Positions 1 through 13,509 of a DNA stretch of 64,000 nt are shown piece after piece (position 1 is the stretch's first letter; every line of letters begins with the position of its first letter). The DNA comes from the human T2T-CHM13v2.0 reference genome, Homo sapiens. Location: NCBI RefSeq assembly GCF_009914755.1, contig NC_060927.1; one strand, written 5' to 3'. The translations under genes and the position numbers were made by a program. The notes beneath the pieces are model-generated. The model had not been told where the DNA came from. It did no database searches and saw only the letters and a program-made list of their open reading frames with translations.

Positions 1-231
1 TTTGACATTCAGTTGCTGGGCAAAAGTCTTCCCAGAAGGTTTTTTTTTTTTTTTTTTTTTTTGTAAGGTTGTGGTGGACTTTGTGCAAGGTTGTGTTTTT
101 CACTGAGTTTTTATGATAGTTCTCTTATCAGGTATGTGTGCATGAGAACCGTCTCTCCATGGCATTTTCTGGTTCCATTTGTCATGGTGTGAAACACAGG
201 TGACTCTATTTTGTTTCTGACAGCTTTCACA
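1..231 (-). mobile_element. ERV1-class (MER34/MER39-like) LTR fragment, runs off window start
   Basis: Reverse complement begins TGTGAAAGCTGTCAGAAACAAAATAGAGTCAC, resembling MER4-group LTR 5' ends; subfamily from memory. Confidence 0.55.
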
Positions 232-495
232 GTCACAGGGTTTACCCACGTAGACAGAAAGGGAATGACCTAAAATGGAGCTTGGCTCCCAAATGATTTT
301 CCTCAATCTCACCATTTGTTTCCAGAATAAGGAAAAAAAAAAAAAAAAGGTATGGTTTTGCCAAAGGAAAGAAAGCTCCTTTCTTCGCTCAACTAATACT
401 AATTGCTCTCCCTGTTTTCCTCTCTTTCTGATCTTATCAGAGGCAGACAAAAACTAATTTAAGAAATCTTGTGCCAGGACCTACTCATACTCTAG

Positions 496-615
496 GCAGA
501 GGTTCTTAAAGTTCACTGCACAATAAAATCTATTAGTGCCGTACTAAATTATACCAATTATCCGCCCTTACTCCTCCTTGTTAAATCTTCTGAGGTGGAT
601 TTCCAGCAAAAGTAA
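496..615. mobile_element. Possible MER5-like DNA transposon fragment, probably split by the following L1
   Basis: cagaggttcttaaagttcactgcaca resembles the MER5A start; highly diverged. Confidence 0.3.
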
Positions 616-1489
616 TTTTTTTATTGATAAAAAATAATTGTACTTATTTATGGGATAACTGCGATCTTTGATACATGTATACAATGTGTAATGGTCAAAT
701 CAGGGTACTTAGGGTGTTCATCATCTCAAACATTTACCATTTTATGTGTTGGAAATATTTCAAATCTTCCTTTCTAGCTATTTTGAAATATGCATTACAA
801 TATTGTTAACACTAATTACTCTACTGTGCTATTGAACACTAGAACTTACTTTTTCTATGTAATCCAGCTCTCTTTAGACCTCAAAATCTTCCAAGCCACT
901 GGTAACCATCCTATTTCATTTAGCATAATGTCCACCAATTTTACTGATGTTTCTGCAAATGACAAAATTTCATCTCTTTTATGGCTGTATAAGATTCCAT
1001 TGTGTATATATACCACATTTTCTTTGTCCATGCATCTGTTAATGAACACTTCGGTTGATTCACTACTTTGGCTATTGAAAATAGTGCCACAATAAATATG
1101 AAGGTGAAACTGTCTCTTCAATATACAGATATCTCTTTTTTTTTAGAATATATACCCAGTAGTAGGATTGCTGGATCACAGGGGTATATATGTTTAGTTT
1201 TTGGAGCAATTTCAATACACTGTGTTGCAATGGCTGTACTAATTTACATTCCTACCAACCGTGTACCAGTGTTTCCCTTTCTCTATGTCCTTGCCAGCAT
1301 GCGTTATTTTTTGTCCTTTTGATAATAATAATAGCCATTTGAACTGGAGTGAGATGATATCTCATTTTGATTTGTATTTGCTTGATGATTATGATGTTGA
1401 GCAATTTTTCTTATACTTTTTGGTCATTTGTATATCTTCTTTTATAAAATCTCTACTCAGGTCAATTTTTTGTTTTAAAATTATGTTTA

Positions 1490-1496
1490 TATACAT

Positions 1497-1555
<59 letters not shown>
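1490..1555. repeat. Compound (CA)n(TA)n microsatellite
   Basis: Direct reading. Confidence 0.95.
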
Positions 1556-1556
<1 letters not shown>

Positions 1557-4500
1557 CTATTGAGTAGTTTGAGTTTATATATTCTGGATATTAACTCCTT
1601 GTCAGATGTAGAGTTGGCAAATATTTTCTTTAATTCCATAGGTTGTCTCTTCAGTCTGCTGTTTCCTTTGCTGTTCAGTGCATTTTAGCTGATGTAATTC
1701 CATTTGCCTACTTTTGCTTTTGTTGCCTATGCTTTGAGATCTTATCCCCAAAATAATTACCCAGACCAACGTCCACTAGAATTTCCTCTATGTTTCCTTC
1801 TAGTAGTTTATATTTTCAGGTGTTGGATTTAAGGCTTCATTCCATTCTGAGTTGTTTTTCATATAAGGTCAGAGATAAAGGTCTAATTTTTGTAGACCCC
1901 TTCTGTATATGGATATTCAATTTTCCCAGCACCATTTAATGAATAAAGTATTCTTTCCCCATGGTATGTTCTTGGAGGCTCTGTTAAAAAACAGTTGGCT
2001 ATAAATGTGTGAATGTATTTCTGCGTTCTCTACTCTGTTCCACTGGTTTATTTATCTTTGTTTTTTGCCAGCACCATACTATTTTTCTTACCATAGCCTT
2101 ATTGTACATTTGGAAGTCAGAAAATGTGACACCTTTTACTATAATTCTTCTTCTTCTTTTTTTATTTGGCTAGGATTTCTTTGGCTATTTGGGGTCTTTT
2201 GTGGTACCATATCAAATTTAGGATTTTTTTTTATTTCTGTAAAGAATGTCATCGGTATTTTGACAGGAAAATCATAGAATCTTTAGATCACTTTAATATG
2301 GACATTTTAACAATATTAATTCTTCAAATCTATGAACATGCATATATTTTCATTTTTTGTGCACTCTTCAATTTCTTTGATCAATGCTTTATAGCTTTTA
2401 TTGTAGAAGCATTTCCTTTCTTTGATTAAATTTACTCCTATGTATTTTTTACAGCAATTATAAATGAGATTGTATTTTTTATTTCTTTTTCTGATTATTC
2501 ACTGTCAGTATTTAGAAATGCTATTGATTTTTGCACGTTAATTTTATATCCTGCAAATTTAATGAATTTGTTTATCAGTTCTAACAGTGCTTTGGTGGAG
2601 TCTTTAGATTTTCTAACTATAGGATCATTGTGTTTGTGAACCAAGATAATTTTTCCCGGATCGTAAAGGAAAGGCTTTAATTTTTCCCTATCTTGTATGA
2701 TGGAAGCTGTGGGTTTCTTATATATACTTTTATTGTCTTGAGGTAAGTTACTTCTATACCTGGTTTGTTGAGGGTTATTATCATTAAGAAATGTCAGATG
2801 TTATCAAATGCTTTTGCTTTATCTATTAAAACTCATATAGTTTTGGTTATCAATTCTGTTAATGTAATATATCCTGTGTATTGATTTGCATAAGTTGAGC
2901 CATCATTTAATCCCTGGAATGAATCTAACTTGATCAGAATAAAAAAATTTTAATGTGTTGTCGAATTTGATTTGCTAGTATTTTGTTGAGGATTTTTTTC
3001 ATCTATGTTCATCAGGAATATTGACCTGCAGCTTTCTCTTTTTGTGTTTTTATTTGGTATTGAAATCAGGATAATTCTGGCCTCATACAATAGTTTGGAA
3101 TTTTCTGTTCTTCAATTTTTTAAAAACAATTTGAGTAGAACTGATATTAGTTCTTTAAATGATTGGTAGAATTTGGCAGTGAAGTCACCAGATCATTGGC
3201 TTTTGCTTGATGAGAGACTTACTACTGCTTCAATCTTGTTACTTGTTGTTGGTTTGTTCAAGATTTTAGTTCGTGGTTCAATCTTGATAGGTTGTATGTG
3301 TCCAGGTATTTATATATTTCTTCTAAGTTTTCCTATTTGTTGACACATAGTTGTTCATAATGGTATTTAATGTTCCTTTGATTTCTGTGGTATCAGTTGT
3401 AATATATCCTTTTTCATTTCTGATTTTATTTATTTGTGTCGTTTTTCTTTTTTCTTGGTTATTCTAGCTACAGGTTTATCATTTTTTAAATCTCAAAGCA
3501 ATTTTTTGCTTTTTTGATCTTTTGTATTTTGTAGTCTTAAATTCTTTTGCTTTACTCTGATCTTTATTATTTGTTTCCTTCTAATAATTCTGGGTTTAGT
3601 TTGTTCTTGCGTTTTTAGTTCCTTAAGGTGTATTGTTAGATTGTTTATTTGAAGTCTTTCTATTCTGTTGATGTAGGTGTTTACTGATATATACTTCCCT
3701 CTTAGGATCACTTAGTACACCATAAGTTTTATTCTGTTGTGTTTCCATTTTCATTTACCTCAAGAAATTTTCAAAATTGTCTTTGTAATTTCTTCATTTC
3801 CCCATTCATATTTCAAAAGCATGTTTAATTTCCATGAATGCATATAGTTTGCAAAGTTCCTTCTGTTGTTGATTTCTAGTTTTATTCCACTGTGTTTAGA
3901 AAAGGTACTTGGTATAATTTTGATTTTTTAAAAATTGTTAACTCTTGTCTGGGGACCTAAAATATGGTCCATCTTTGGCAATGCTCCATGTGTTATTGAG
4001 AAAAACGCATATTTTGCAGCCGTTCAAGGCAATATTCTGTAAATGTCTTTTAAGCCTATTTGGTCTGGAGTGTAGTTTAACTCTCATGTTAATTTTCTGT
4101 AGAGGTGAATTGTGTATTGATGAAAGTTGGTTGTTGAAGTTCCCTATTATTATCATACTGCAGTCATTTTCTCTTTTTTGTTCTATCAATATTTATTTTC
4201 TATATTTGGGTGTTCTGGTACTGGGTACATACATATTTAGAATTGTTATATCTTCCTGTGGAATTAACCACTTTATCATTATATAGGGAACTTTTTTGTT
4301 TCTTTTTATGTTCTTTGACTTGTAGTCTGTTTTATCTGATAGAAGTATAGCTAATCCTGCTATTGTTTTCGTTTCCACCTGCATGGAGTGTCTTTCTTCA
4401 TCCCTTCTATTTGAGTCTGTGAGTGACTTTTTAGGTGAAGTGTTTCTTGTAGGCAGCCTATAGTTGAGTCATTTTATTTATTTATATTTTTAATTAACAA

Positions 4501-4967
4501 ATAATAATTGTTTATATTTGTGGGGTACATGGCAGTATTTCAATATGTACATTGCATAGTGATCATATAGAGAAATTTGCATATTAAATACCTCAAATAT
4601 TTGTTATTTCTTTGTGTTGGGAACATTTCAATATTCTCCTTTTAGGTATTTACAATTATATAATATATTCTTGTTAACTATGGTCATCTTACATTGATAT
4701 AGAATACTGTAATTTATTCCTACTGTCTTGCTGTAATTTTGTATCCTTTAGCAATTCTCTTCCAATCCCACCTTTTCCCCATCCTTCCCAGATTGTATTA
4801 TCTTTAATTATATGAGATCAATGTATTTTAGCTGTTAAATAAAAGTCAAATAAAAGGGAGACCATGCCATGTTTACCTTTTCGTTCCTGGCCTATTACAC
4901 GTTACATAATATCCTCCACTTCCATTTATGCTCCTGCAAATGACAAGATTTTTTTCTTTTTTAAGGC

Positions 4968-5053
4968 ATATATATATATAAAATATATAACAATATATAA
5001 TATATGTTATATAAAATTATATATATAATAGATAATATATATTATATATATAA
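4968..5053. repeat. AT-rich (TA)n-like low-complexity tract
   Basis: Direct reading. Confidence 0.9.
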
Positions 5054-6556
5054 TGTTTTCTTTATTCATTAACCCATTGATAAACACTTAATTTGATTCA
5101 CTATTTTGGCTATTGTGAATAGTGTTGCAATAAACATGGGAGTGGAGACATTTCTTCAATCTAATGATTTTCTTTGGATAGATTCCCATAGTGGGATTTC
5201 TGGATCATATAGAAGTTCAATTTTTAGTTATTTGTGAAAATTCCATACAGTTCTCCATAGTGGCTGGAGTTTACATTTCTACCAATAGTGTTCTATTTTT
5301 TCCACATTCCTTCCAGAATATATATATTTTTTATAATAGCCATCCTAACTGAGATGAGATGCTATCTCATTGTGGCTTTGATTTTCATTTTCCTGATTAG
5401 TTATGTTGAGCATTTTTTCATATGCCTGCTGGCCATTTGTATGTCGTCTTTTGAGAAATGTCTCTTCCTATCATTTGGCCATTTTTAGATTGGATTATTT
5501 GTTTCTTTGCTGTTGAGATCTTTAAATCCTTTGTATATTCTGAATGTTAACCCTGATCAGAAGAGAAGTTTGAAAATATTTTATCCCAGTGTGTAGGTTG
5601 TCTTTTCACAATGTTGACGTTTTCTTTTCTGTGCAAAAGTTTTTTAGTTTGCTACAGTTCCATTTGTTCATTTTTGCTTTTACTGCCTGTGCTTTTAAGG
5701 TCATATTGATAAAATCTTTGCCCAGAAAACACTTCTTAAGTGCTTCCCCTATATTTGTTTCTAGTAGTTTTATAGTAGTTTAATCATTTGAGGTCTTACG
5801 TTTAGTTCTTTTATTCATTTTGATTAGATTTTTATATAGAGTACCAGGTGGGGGTCTAGTTTCGTTCTTCTGCATATGGATACCCAGTTTTTCTAATATT
5901 ATTTATTGAAGAGACTGTCACTTCCTCACAAATCTGATTGGCACCTCTGTTAAAATTAATTTACTATAGATATAAATTTATATAATCAATTAATTAATTA
6001 GATTACTTTTATGTGTCTTTTGTTCCATCAGTCTATGTGTCAATTTTTATGCCAATATCATACTGTTTTTATTACTACAGAATTTAATATATTTTAAAGT
6101 CTTGTAGTTTGATACCTCCAGGTTTGTTCTTTATACTCAGGATAGCTTTGGGTATTCAGGGTCTTTTTTGGTTCCATAAAAATTATAGAATTATTTTGTC
6201 TATTCCTGTGAAGAATGCCATTGGTGTTTTGATTGAGATTGTGATGAATCTACAGATCACTTGGGTAGTATTTTCATTTTAACAATATTAATTTTTCTGA
6301 TCCATGTGCAAGAAATGTCTTTTCATTTGTTTGTATCTTTTTTTTTTTCTTTCATCAGTGTTTTTTTCTTTTCCTTGTAGAGGTCTTTCAACTCCTTGGT
6401 TAACTTTATTCCTACATCTTTTATTTTATTTTTTGTGGCTACAATAAATGGGGTTGCCTTAATGATTTCCTTTTTAGCTTGTTTTTCATGTATAGAAGTA
6501 TTACTAATTCCTATGTATTAATTTTGTGTCCTGCAAACCTACTGAATTTGTTTATC

Positions 6557-6690
6557 TACATCTTCATTTGCATGGAATATTATTTGCCAAAATTATAGCA
6601 GTGATTGGTTTATATATATACATCTTCATTTGCATGGAATATTATTTGCCAAAATTATAGCAGTGATTGGTAATTATAGCAGGGATTGGT
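6557..6690. repeat. Perfect 53-bp direct duplication (period 62) plus a partial third copy
   Basis: tacatcttcatttgcatggaatattatttgccaaaattatagcagtgattggt at 6557-6609 and 6619-6671; aattatagcagggattggt at 6672-6690. Confidence 0.95.
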
Positions 6691-9600
6691 TTCTTTGCTG
6701 TGCAGGACCAGAATTACAGCCAATCCTGGGCTCAAGCTCCACATGGCTGGAGTTGTGGCATTCAGAAACCCATGTTGGTCTGGCATAATAAAAATGAAGC
6801 CCTAGTGCTGTAAAGGTGCATTGGCTACTGGCCCCCAGAGCAGCATGCACTCCAGAGATGGCTCTGGATTTAAGATGGGGCCATGCTAAAGAAGATTGGC
6901 TCCCTGGAGGTGGGGCAGGGAGTGCACACCTGTGCTTTTAATCCCGGACAATATTGTGTAGTCCCTGGCAATTCTCCAAATTGGGTTCAGGTCAGTGGGG
7001 ACTGTGAGACTCTTTGGTTTTAAGTATTGTAATTATTCGTAGGGGTATTGGAGGCTTGTGGGGGTCTTCTGTTTACCTTTTTCCTGCAATGGGATATTCC
7101 TCCTGACTTCAAGCAGATCCAATCTGGGTGAGACAGACAAGGGTGCAGAAGCTAAGCTCCTCCATGCTGCTCTCTTAGACTTCCAATAACCACAGGTACA
7201 TTTTCACTCTTCCAGTGCAATCCAGCACTCTTCCTCTGATACTCTAGTCAAGTCATAGCTGTTTATTTATTGCCTGTTCCTTTCTTGTGAGGGACAATAA
7301 ATGCCAGACATTTCTAGTCAGCCATGTTGCTGGGTCTAATTTTACAATCTGTTTAGCTCATATATGTCTTTTAATTGAAGAATGTAGTCTATTTAAAGTT
7401 ATTATTGATATGTAAGGATTTGCTACAAAATTTTGTGGTTTTCTGGGTGTTTTATATATCGTTCCTTCCTTTTTCTTCTCCCACTCGGTTCCTTTGTGGT
7501 AAAGTAATTTTCTTTAGTAGTCTATTTTGATCCTGTGCTATTTATTTTTAGTGTTTTTATTATGGATTCTTGCTTTGTGGTTATCATGAGGCTTATCATT
7601 TCTTTATCTCTCTTTCATGTCTAAAGAATATCTTTGCTAGGTACAGTGTTCTTGGTTGCCAGTATTTTTGCTTCAGCACTTTGGACAAAGAATCTCACTC
7701 ATTCCTGGACTGCAGGATTTGTGCTGAGAAATCTGCTGAACGCTGCATTGGGGCTCCACTGAATGTAATGTATTTTTTTCTCTCTTGCTGATTTATTTCT
7801 TGTCTTTCATTTTTGCTAATTTGATTATAATTTGCCTTGAGGATTTTCTCTTTGAGCTGTATTTGGTTGGTTACCCCCACCTTCCTGTACTTACGTGGTG
7901 GTGTATTTCTCCGGATTTAATAAATTTTTAGCTATTTTTTCTTAAGTATGCTTTCTAGGTCTTTTTCTTGCCTATCGCCTTTGGGAATTCCTATTATGAG
8001 GAGTTAGTTAGCTTGAGTGTTGCATAATTATCATAGGACTTCTTAATTTTTATTAATTCATTTTTTTCCTTTCTGCTTCTCTGATTTGCTAATTTCATGT
8101 GTTCCGTCTTCAAGATTGTTAATTCTTACCTCTGTTCAAGTGTGTAGTTGAAGCTTTCTAATGAGTTTTTAAATTCAGTTATTTTATTTTTTATTTCTAG
8201 TATTTCTATCTTTTAACTGTTTGTGTTTCATTGTCCAATTTATCAAATTGTTCCTTGGGTGTTTTAAAGTTTCAATTTATACTTTCTTGTGATTTCCAAC
8301 TTTTTAAAAATTATTCTGGATTCTGCAACATCTTGTAGATCTTCTATTATTCTGGGTCCATTGCTTGACACTCTTCGTTTCTTTTTTTGTCATATTTTCC
8401 TGAGTTTTTACAATCTTCTTATCTTTATATTGATACCTGCGTATCCAAGGAGACATCTACCTCTTCCAGTTTTTGCAGGTGTTTTATGATGGTATAAGGT
8501 TTTTACTACTTAGGATTGGAATATAAATGCTGACCTGTTTCTTGTCATCCTGGGGAGAACTTTTGGTGGTCATGGCACTGGAGCCAACCGATTGGACTGC
8601 CATTGTTTCCTGGTCTGGGGAAGACTTGTAGTTAACACTGAATCTTAAATTCTGCTTTGGACCTTAATTGCTTCCCTGTAATTGTTTTATGGTTTGGAGG
8701 AAACTTATAATATGCGTCTGAACTTTGTTTCTGAACTATATTGCTGCCATGTCATTGTTTTCTAGTCTGAGGAAGACTTAAGCAGAAACCAGAACTTAAT
8801 ACCAACATCTTAGTTGTTTTTGCATCAGGAGAGGTATCAACATAAGCTCCTGGACTTTGTGCAAAATCTGGTTAGGAATTCAGTCCTTCTCACAACTTGT
8901 GCCCCTTGCACAATTATGGCACTGAGTAGTCTCTTTTGAGTGATGTCACCAGTGATCAGAGTGCAGCTGTCAATATTTGTGCACCTGTTAATGTTCAGTG
9001 TTTAACCCCAGGTGGTTCAGCCCTCCTGGAACTCCCAGTGGTTCCCATGGTACAGAACCAGAGTGGGCTTTCTATGAATTTTCGCATACCAATGGAAATT
9101 TTACACTTGTACTTCTAATTCCCTCTTCTCACCTTGGAAGCATTAGGCCTAGAGAAATTTTCTGCATGTGACATTATGCTAGCTTGAGGGAGAAGGGACA
9201 GTATGAAACTATCATTTTTCTTACCAGTCATGGTAATTCTGTGGGCCTGGAGGTTCTTCCACCTCTTCCCTGAGTTCTGGTAAACTCAGCATAGTTTTCT
9301 TGTCTTTGAATATTTTTGTGGAAAGAGTCATGGTGAAGGATCCTCTATTCCACCATCTCGCTGATGTCAATTGGTCTTTTTAAGACCAGCAAATAGTTCT
9401 AAGGTGTGTAATACACTCACACGTACACAAAATTTACAAAGACTCATCAATACAATGGATATCAAATGTAAATTTCTACTTCATGAGAAAACATTAAATC
9501 TCATATTCTTAATTCATGGTTTAAATAGTGATTTAAACTGAGTAAAACTTTTAAAGTATAAGTTTATACATGATAAGATTGTGCATAATGAAATGATAAT

Positions 9601-10570
9601 AATAATCCCTTTATATGCCTGTATTCAAGATATTCTCCAAAGCAGAACAAGCCTTTGTCCATCCCACTAATCTATACAAATATAAACCCTGTTAAGATAA
9701 CTCTAAATTATGAGAGGAGGAAGGGCAATGTTTGTTGTAAAGAAAATAGGAAAACTATATCTTTAGTCTTAAAATGTAATACTATTTTAAGGGATTCTTC
9801 AATTAAAAGCATTATTTTTATAAAAATAATTACTTGAATCTATAGAAAATATGTGTTATAATAATGTTTGAACAATTACACTTTGACAGATTAATTACCA
9901 TATTACATAATACCAAAAATTATTTTAAATTAAAATAATTTTATATTATAGGTTAGTATTACATAAAATGCTCAAGCTGATGTCTAATATTTACATATTG
10001 ATAGATACAAATTTATTTGGTGAATAGAAATTAGAAGATTGACTATAAGATATTTTAAAATATATTGATATTTTAAAAATAAGTAATCAAATCTTGTTTC
10101 AAATCAAAATTAGTATAATGCAATGCAACCTCAATTTAATTTAACTACATTTAGTGATTGTCCAAAAAATAATTCTCAAATTAGAAAAAAATTGTTTTTT
10201 ATATATATTAGTGTTGTGTGTGTTTGTGTCTGTGTGTATCAGTAATATTGTATTTCTACTTATGGCAAGATTGTCATAACTTTTATTTTTAAAATCACTC
10301 AAAATATTCTTAATATATTGTTACATTATAATTATAAATAATGGTTATATGTGACATTTAAATTTTACTTATGACATTATCTTCAATTTGACTTATTTCT
10401 AAATACTTGGAGTAGAAATACTTTGTTTTTTTATCTTCTATTAGAAGAATAGCAGATGCTTCTAAAAAGCAACTGTCACTTTCCCTGTATTTCGTATGGC
10501 ACAAGTCTCATTATTATGTGTAAAATTTATTTTCAGCAGTATGCATAACTATCCTTAAACAAGCATCTAG

Positions 10571-10906
<336 letters not shown>

Positions 10907-11106
10907 TAGCAGACATAAGACACTTATAAATAGGAGTATAAAAGGCATAATTAGAGTTTCAGGTAATAAATTTAATTATCACACAAACACTATCAAGAAT
11001 ATTAAAACTATTAACAAATTTGAGAGAGAAATCTTATGCACATATTATGTTCAATTACAGATTAAATCAATATGTCATTTTTAGCAGTATGCATAACTAT
11101 CCCTAA

Positions 11107-11446
<340 letters not shown>

Positions 11447-12394
11447 AAATTATTTTTAAATTCAAAGTTTTAAAGAATGGTAGCTCTAAATCTAAGAACA
11501 TAAAACTCTTAAAACTATTCTACTTACTTTCCTTTCTCTCAATAATATTTAGAACTCATGACATCAAGAAACTTACAACAGAATTGGCTTACTGGAATAA
11601 AGCAGCCAAATAGTTAATATGCTTGCTTCTGACTCTTCTCTTGTGTCTTGGTAGCTGAGAGGTGCATTCCTATGATAGTTGGAACACCACAGTCCCTTTA
11701 ATACTCTAAGCAGTAAATGCTTCCAAATTGCATTTTCCTTTTGACTCTAACCACCTGACCCTTTTCTGGGCCACCAGAGCTGTCCATCTTGTTTTTTGGT
11801 GTAATCCTCATATAACCACACACTACTTCCTACCAGTGCTGGCATTAAGGTGACATGAATTTGCACCTCTATTTCCAATCTTTGAACTGGATGGCAATCA
11901 TGTGTTTATAAATTCCTTACAAATATCAAAGGTATAACAAATTGTTATCTCATTCAGGAGAGGCAAAGATATATCTTTATTTTGGTGATAGGATAATTCT
12001 AAATCTTCAAAAGGAAATCGAGGAGATAAAATTTTTCTTTGCTAATTGTGACTGCTTCTTAAAAATCATTTTTTGTTATATGATTACATCAAAAATTCCC
12101 TCTTTATGGTGCCTCACAAATATCCATCCCAAGCTGCAAAATTTATGAATAAGAAAGAACTGTAACACATAAACAGAAAAACTAAGTGCTCACTCTTTAC
12201 TGTGAGATATGTTTGTAATAAGGCTGAAAATATGGAGATAATAGTACTGGCTTGGTTAGGAAAAAGGGAGAGAGAGAGATTAACTTTCAAAAATGACCTT
12301 AATCAACAAAGGGAAAATGCAAAGACATTCCTTGCAGAGAAGTAATATGCAGAAAATGGTTAGCTGCATACTCCTGGCATGGATAAAAACTTTT

Positions 12395-12760
12395 AATATT
12401 GGGTTGTCCCAGGGCTTATTACTTAGTCCTATTTTCTATGTATACTCAATCCCTTTGTGATATATCTGGTCTCATGTCAGTAAATACATTTATGTGCCCA
12501 TGATCTTCATACCTTTATTATCAACTCTCGACTTAATTATTCAATGGCCTTTTCTGCACATCCACTTGAAGGTCTAAGTAGCAACTCAAACATAACATGC
12601 TAGATTGGCTCTATTCACATTGTTTCTTACCTTAGTTGATGGAAATTCCATCAATCTATTTGTTAAACTGAAAAATTTCAAATTATTATTGCCTTTTTTT
12701 CTCTCCTCCAAACTCTACAACAAATATGTCACAAAATCAGCCCCATCATATTCCTGTGTT
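12395..12760 (+). mobile_element. LINE-2 fragment
   Basis: gtcccagggct...ccacttgaaggtctaag...actcaaacataacatg resembles the L2 consensus. Confidence 0.55.
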
Positions 12761-13509
12761 TTTTTCTCTACCTCCCCAGTATCCTACCACACCTTCAATC
12801 TTCTGGGGCAATTCCCCTTCATTCAGGAAATCCCACTCAAGAACGTTTTGCAGAATAATAAAATTAAAACTAGCCTCGGACAATTAAAATTTGAATCCTG
12901 TTCTCACCTCACCTGAAATTCATGTCAACACCAAAGGTTTTCCTAAAGTTAGAAAGACAGATTTAAATTCACAACTGAGCTCGGAAATCTATTGGATATG
13001 TGTTACTTGGGATAGCTTCATCATTATCATTTAATTCATCTTCTACTGAGTAATTTTATGGGGAGAAATGAATAAATAGTAAAGCTAGCAAGATATAATC
13101 AGTCCTCCACAATATCCAAGAATTACTAGATATGGAAATAATACTTGATAAACAGCTTAAAAGACTATTTATAAAATTCTCTCCAATATCATATTGAAAA
13201 AATATATAGTCTAGCAAGTAAGAAAAACAGTGTACCAAGTATTAGTATTAACATTAAAAATAGACTTCTAAGCTTGAGGAAATGTCATCAATTGATTAAG
13301 ATGCAATATATCACAATAGTCAGAATGGCTATTATTAAAAAGTCAACACATAACAGATGCTGATGAGGTTGTGGAGAGAAAGGAATGCTTATACACTGTA
13401 GGTGGGAGTGTACATTAGTTCAACCATTGTGGAAGACAGTGTGGCAATTCCTCAAAGACCTAAAGACAAAACCCAACAATCCTATTACTGTGTATATATC
13501 CAAAGGAAT

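Larger units (their letters stand above)
4472..7329 (-). mobile_element. Nested L1MA-like element: 3' end/ORF2 tail (4472-6556) joined to a 5'UTR (~6690-7329)
   Basis: A second antisense L1 3'UTR begins at 4472; minus-strand CAACATGGCTGACTAGAAA L1-type start at ~7329; host L1 sequence resumes at ~7330. Confidence 0.7.
616..9369 (-). mobile_element. Old near-full-length LINE-1 (L1MA-like) with internal deletions, interrupted by a nested L1 at ~4472-7329
   Basis: Antisense L1MA 3'UTR at 616+; ORF2 remnants (minus ORFs 3493-3711, 3938-4189, 4193-4384 with endonuclease-like AILLSDKTDYK and ITILNMYVP); ORF1-like 7695-7880; 5' start motif TGACATCAGCGAGATGGTGGAATAG on the minus strand at ~9369. Confidence 0.85.

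Noticed and set aside
6557-6690. CRISPR-like repeat-spacer array
   Set aside because: Only two full copies, no unique spacers, primate context
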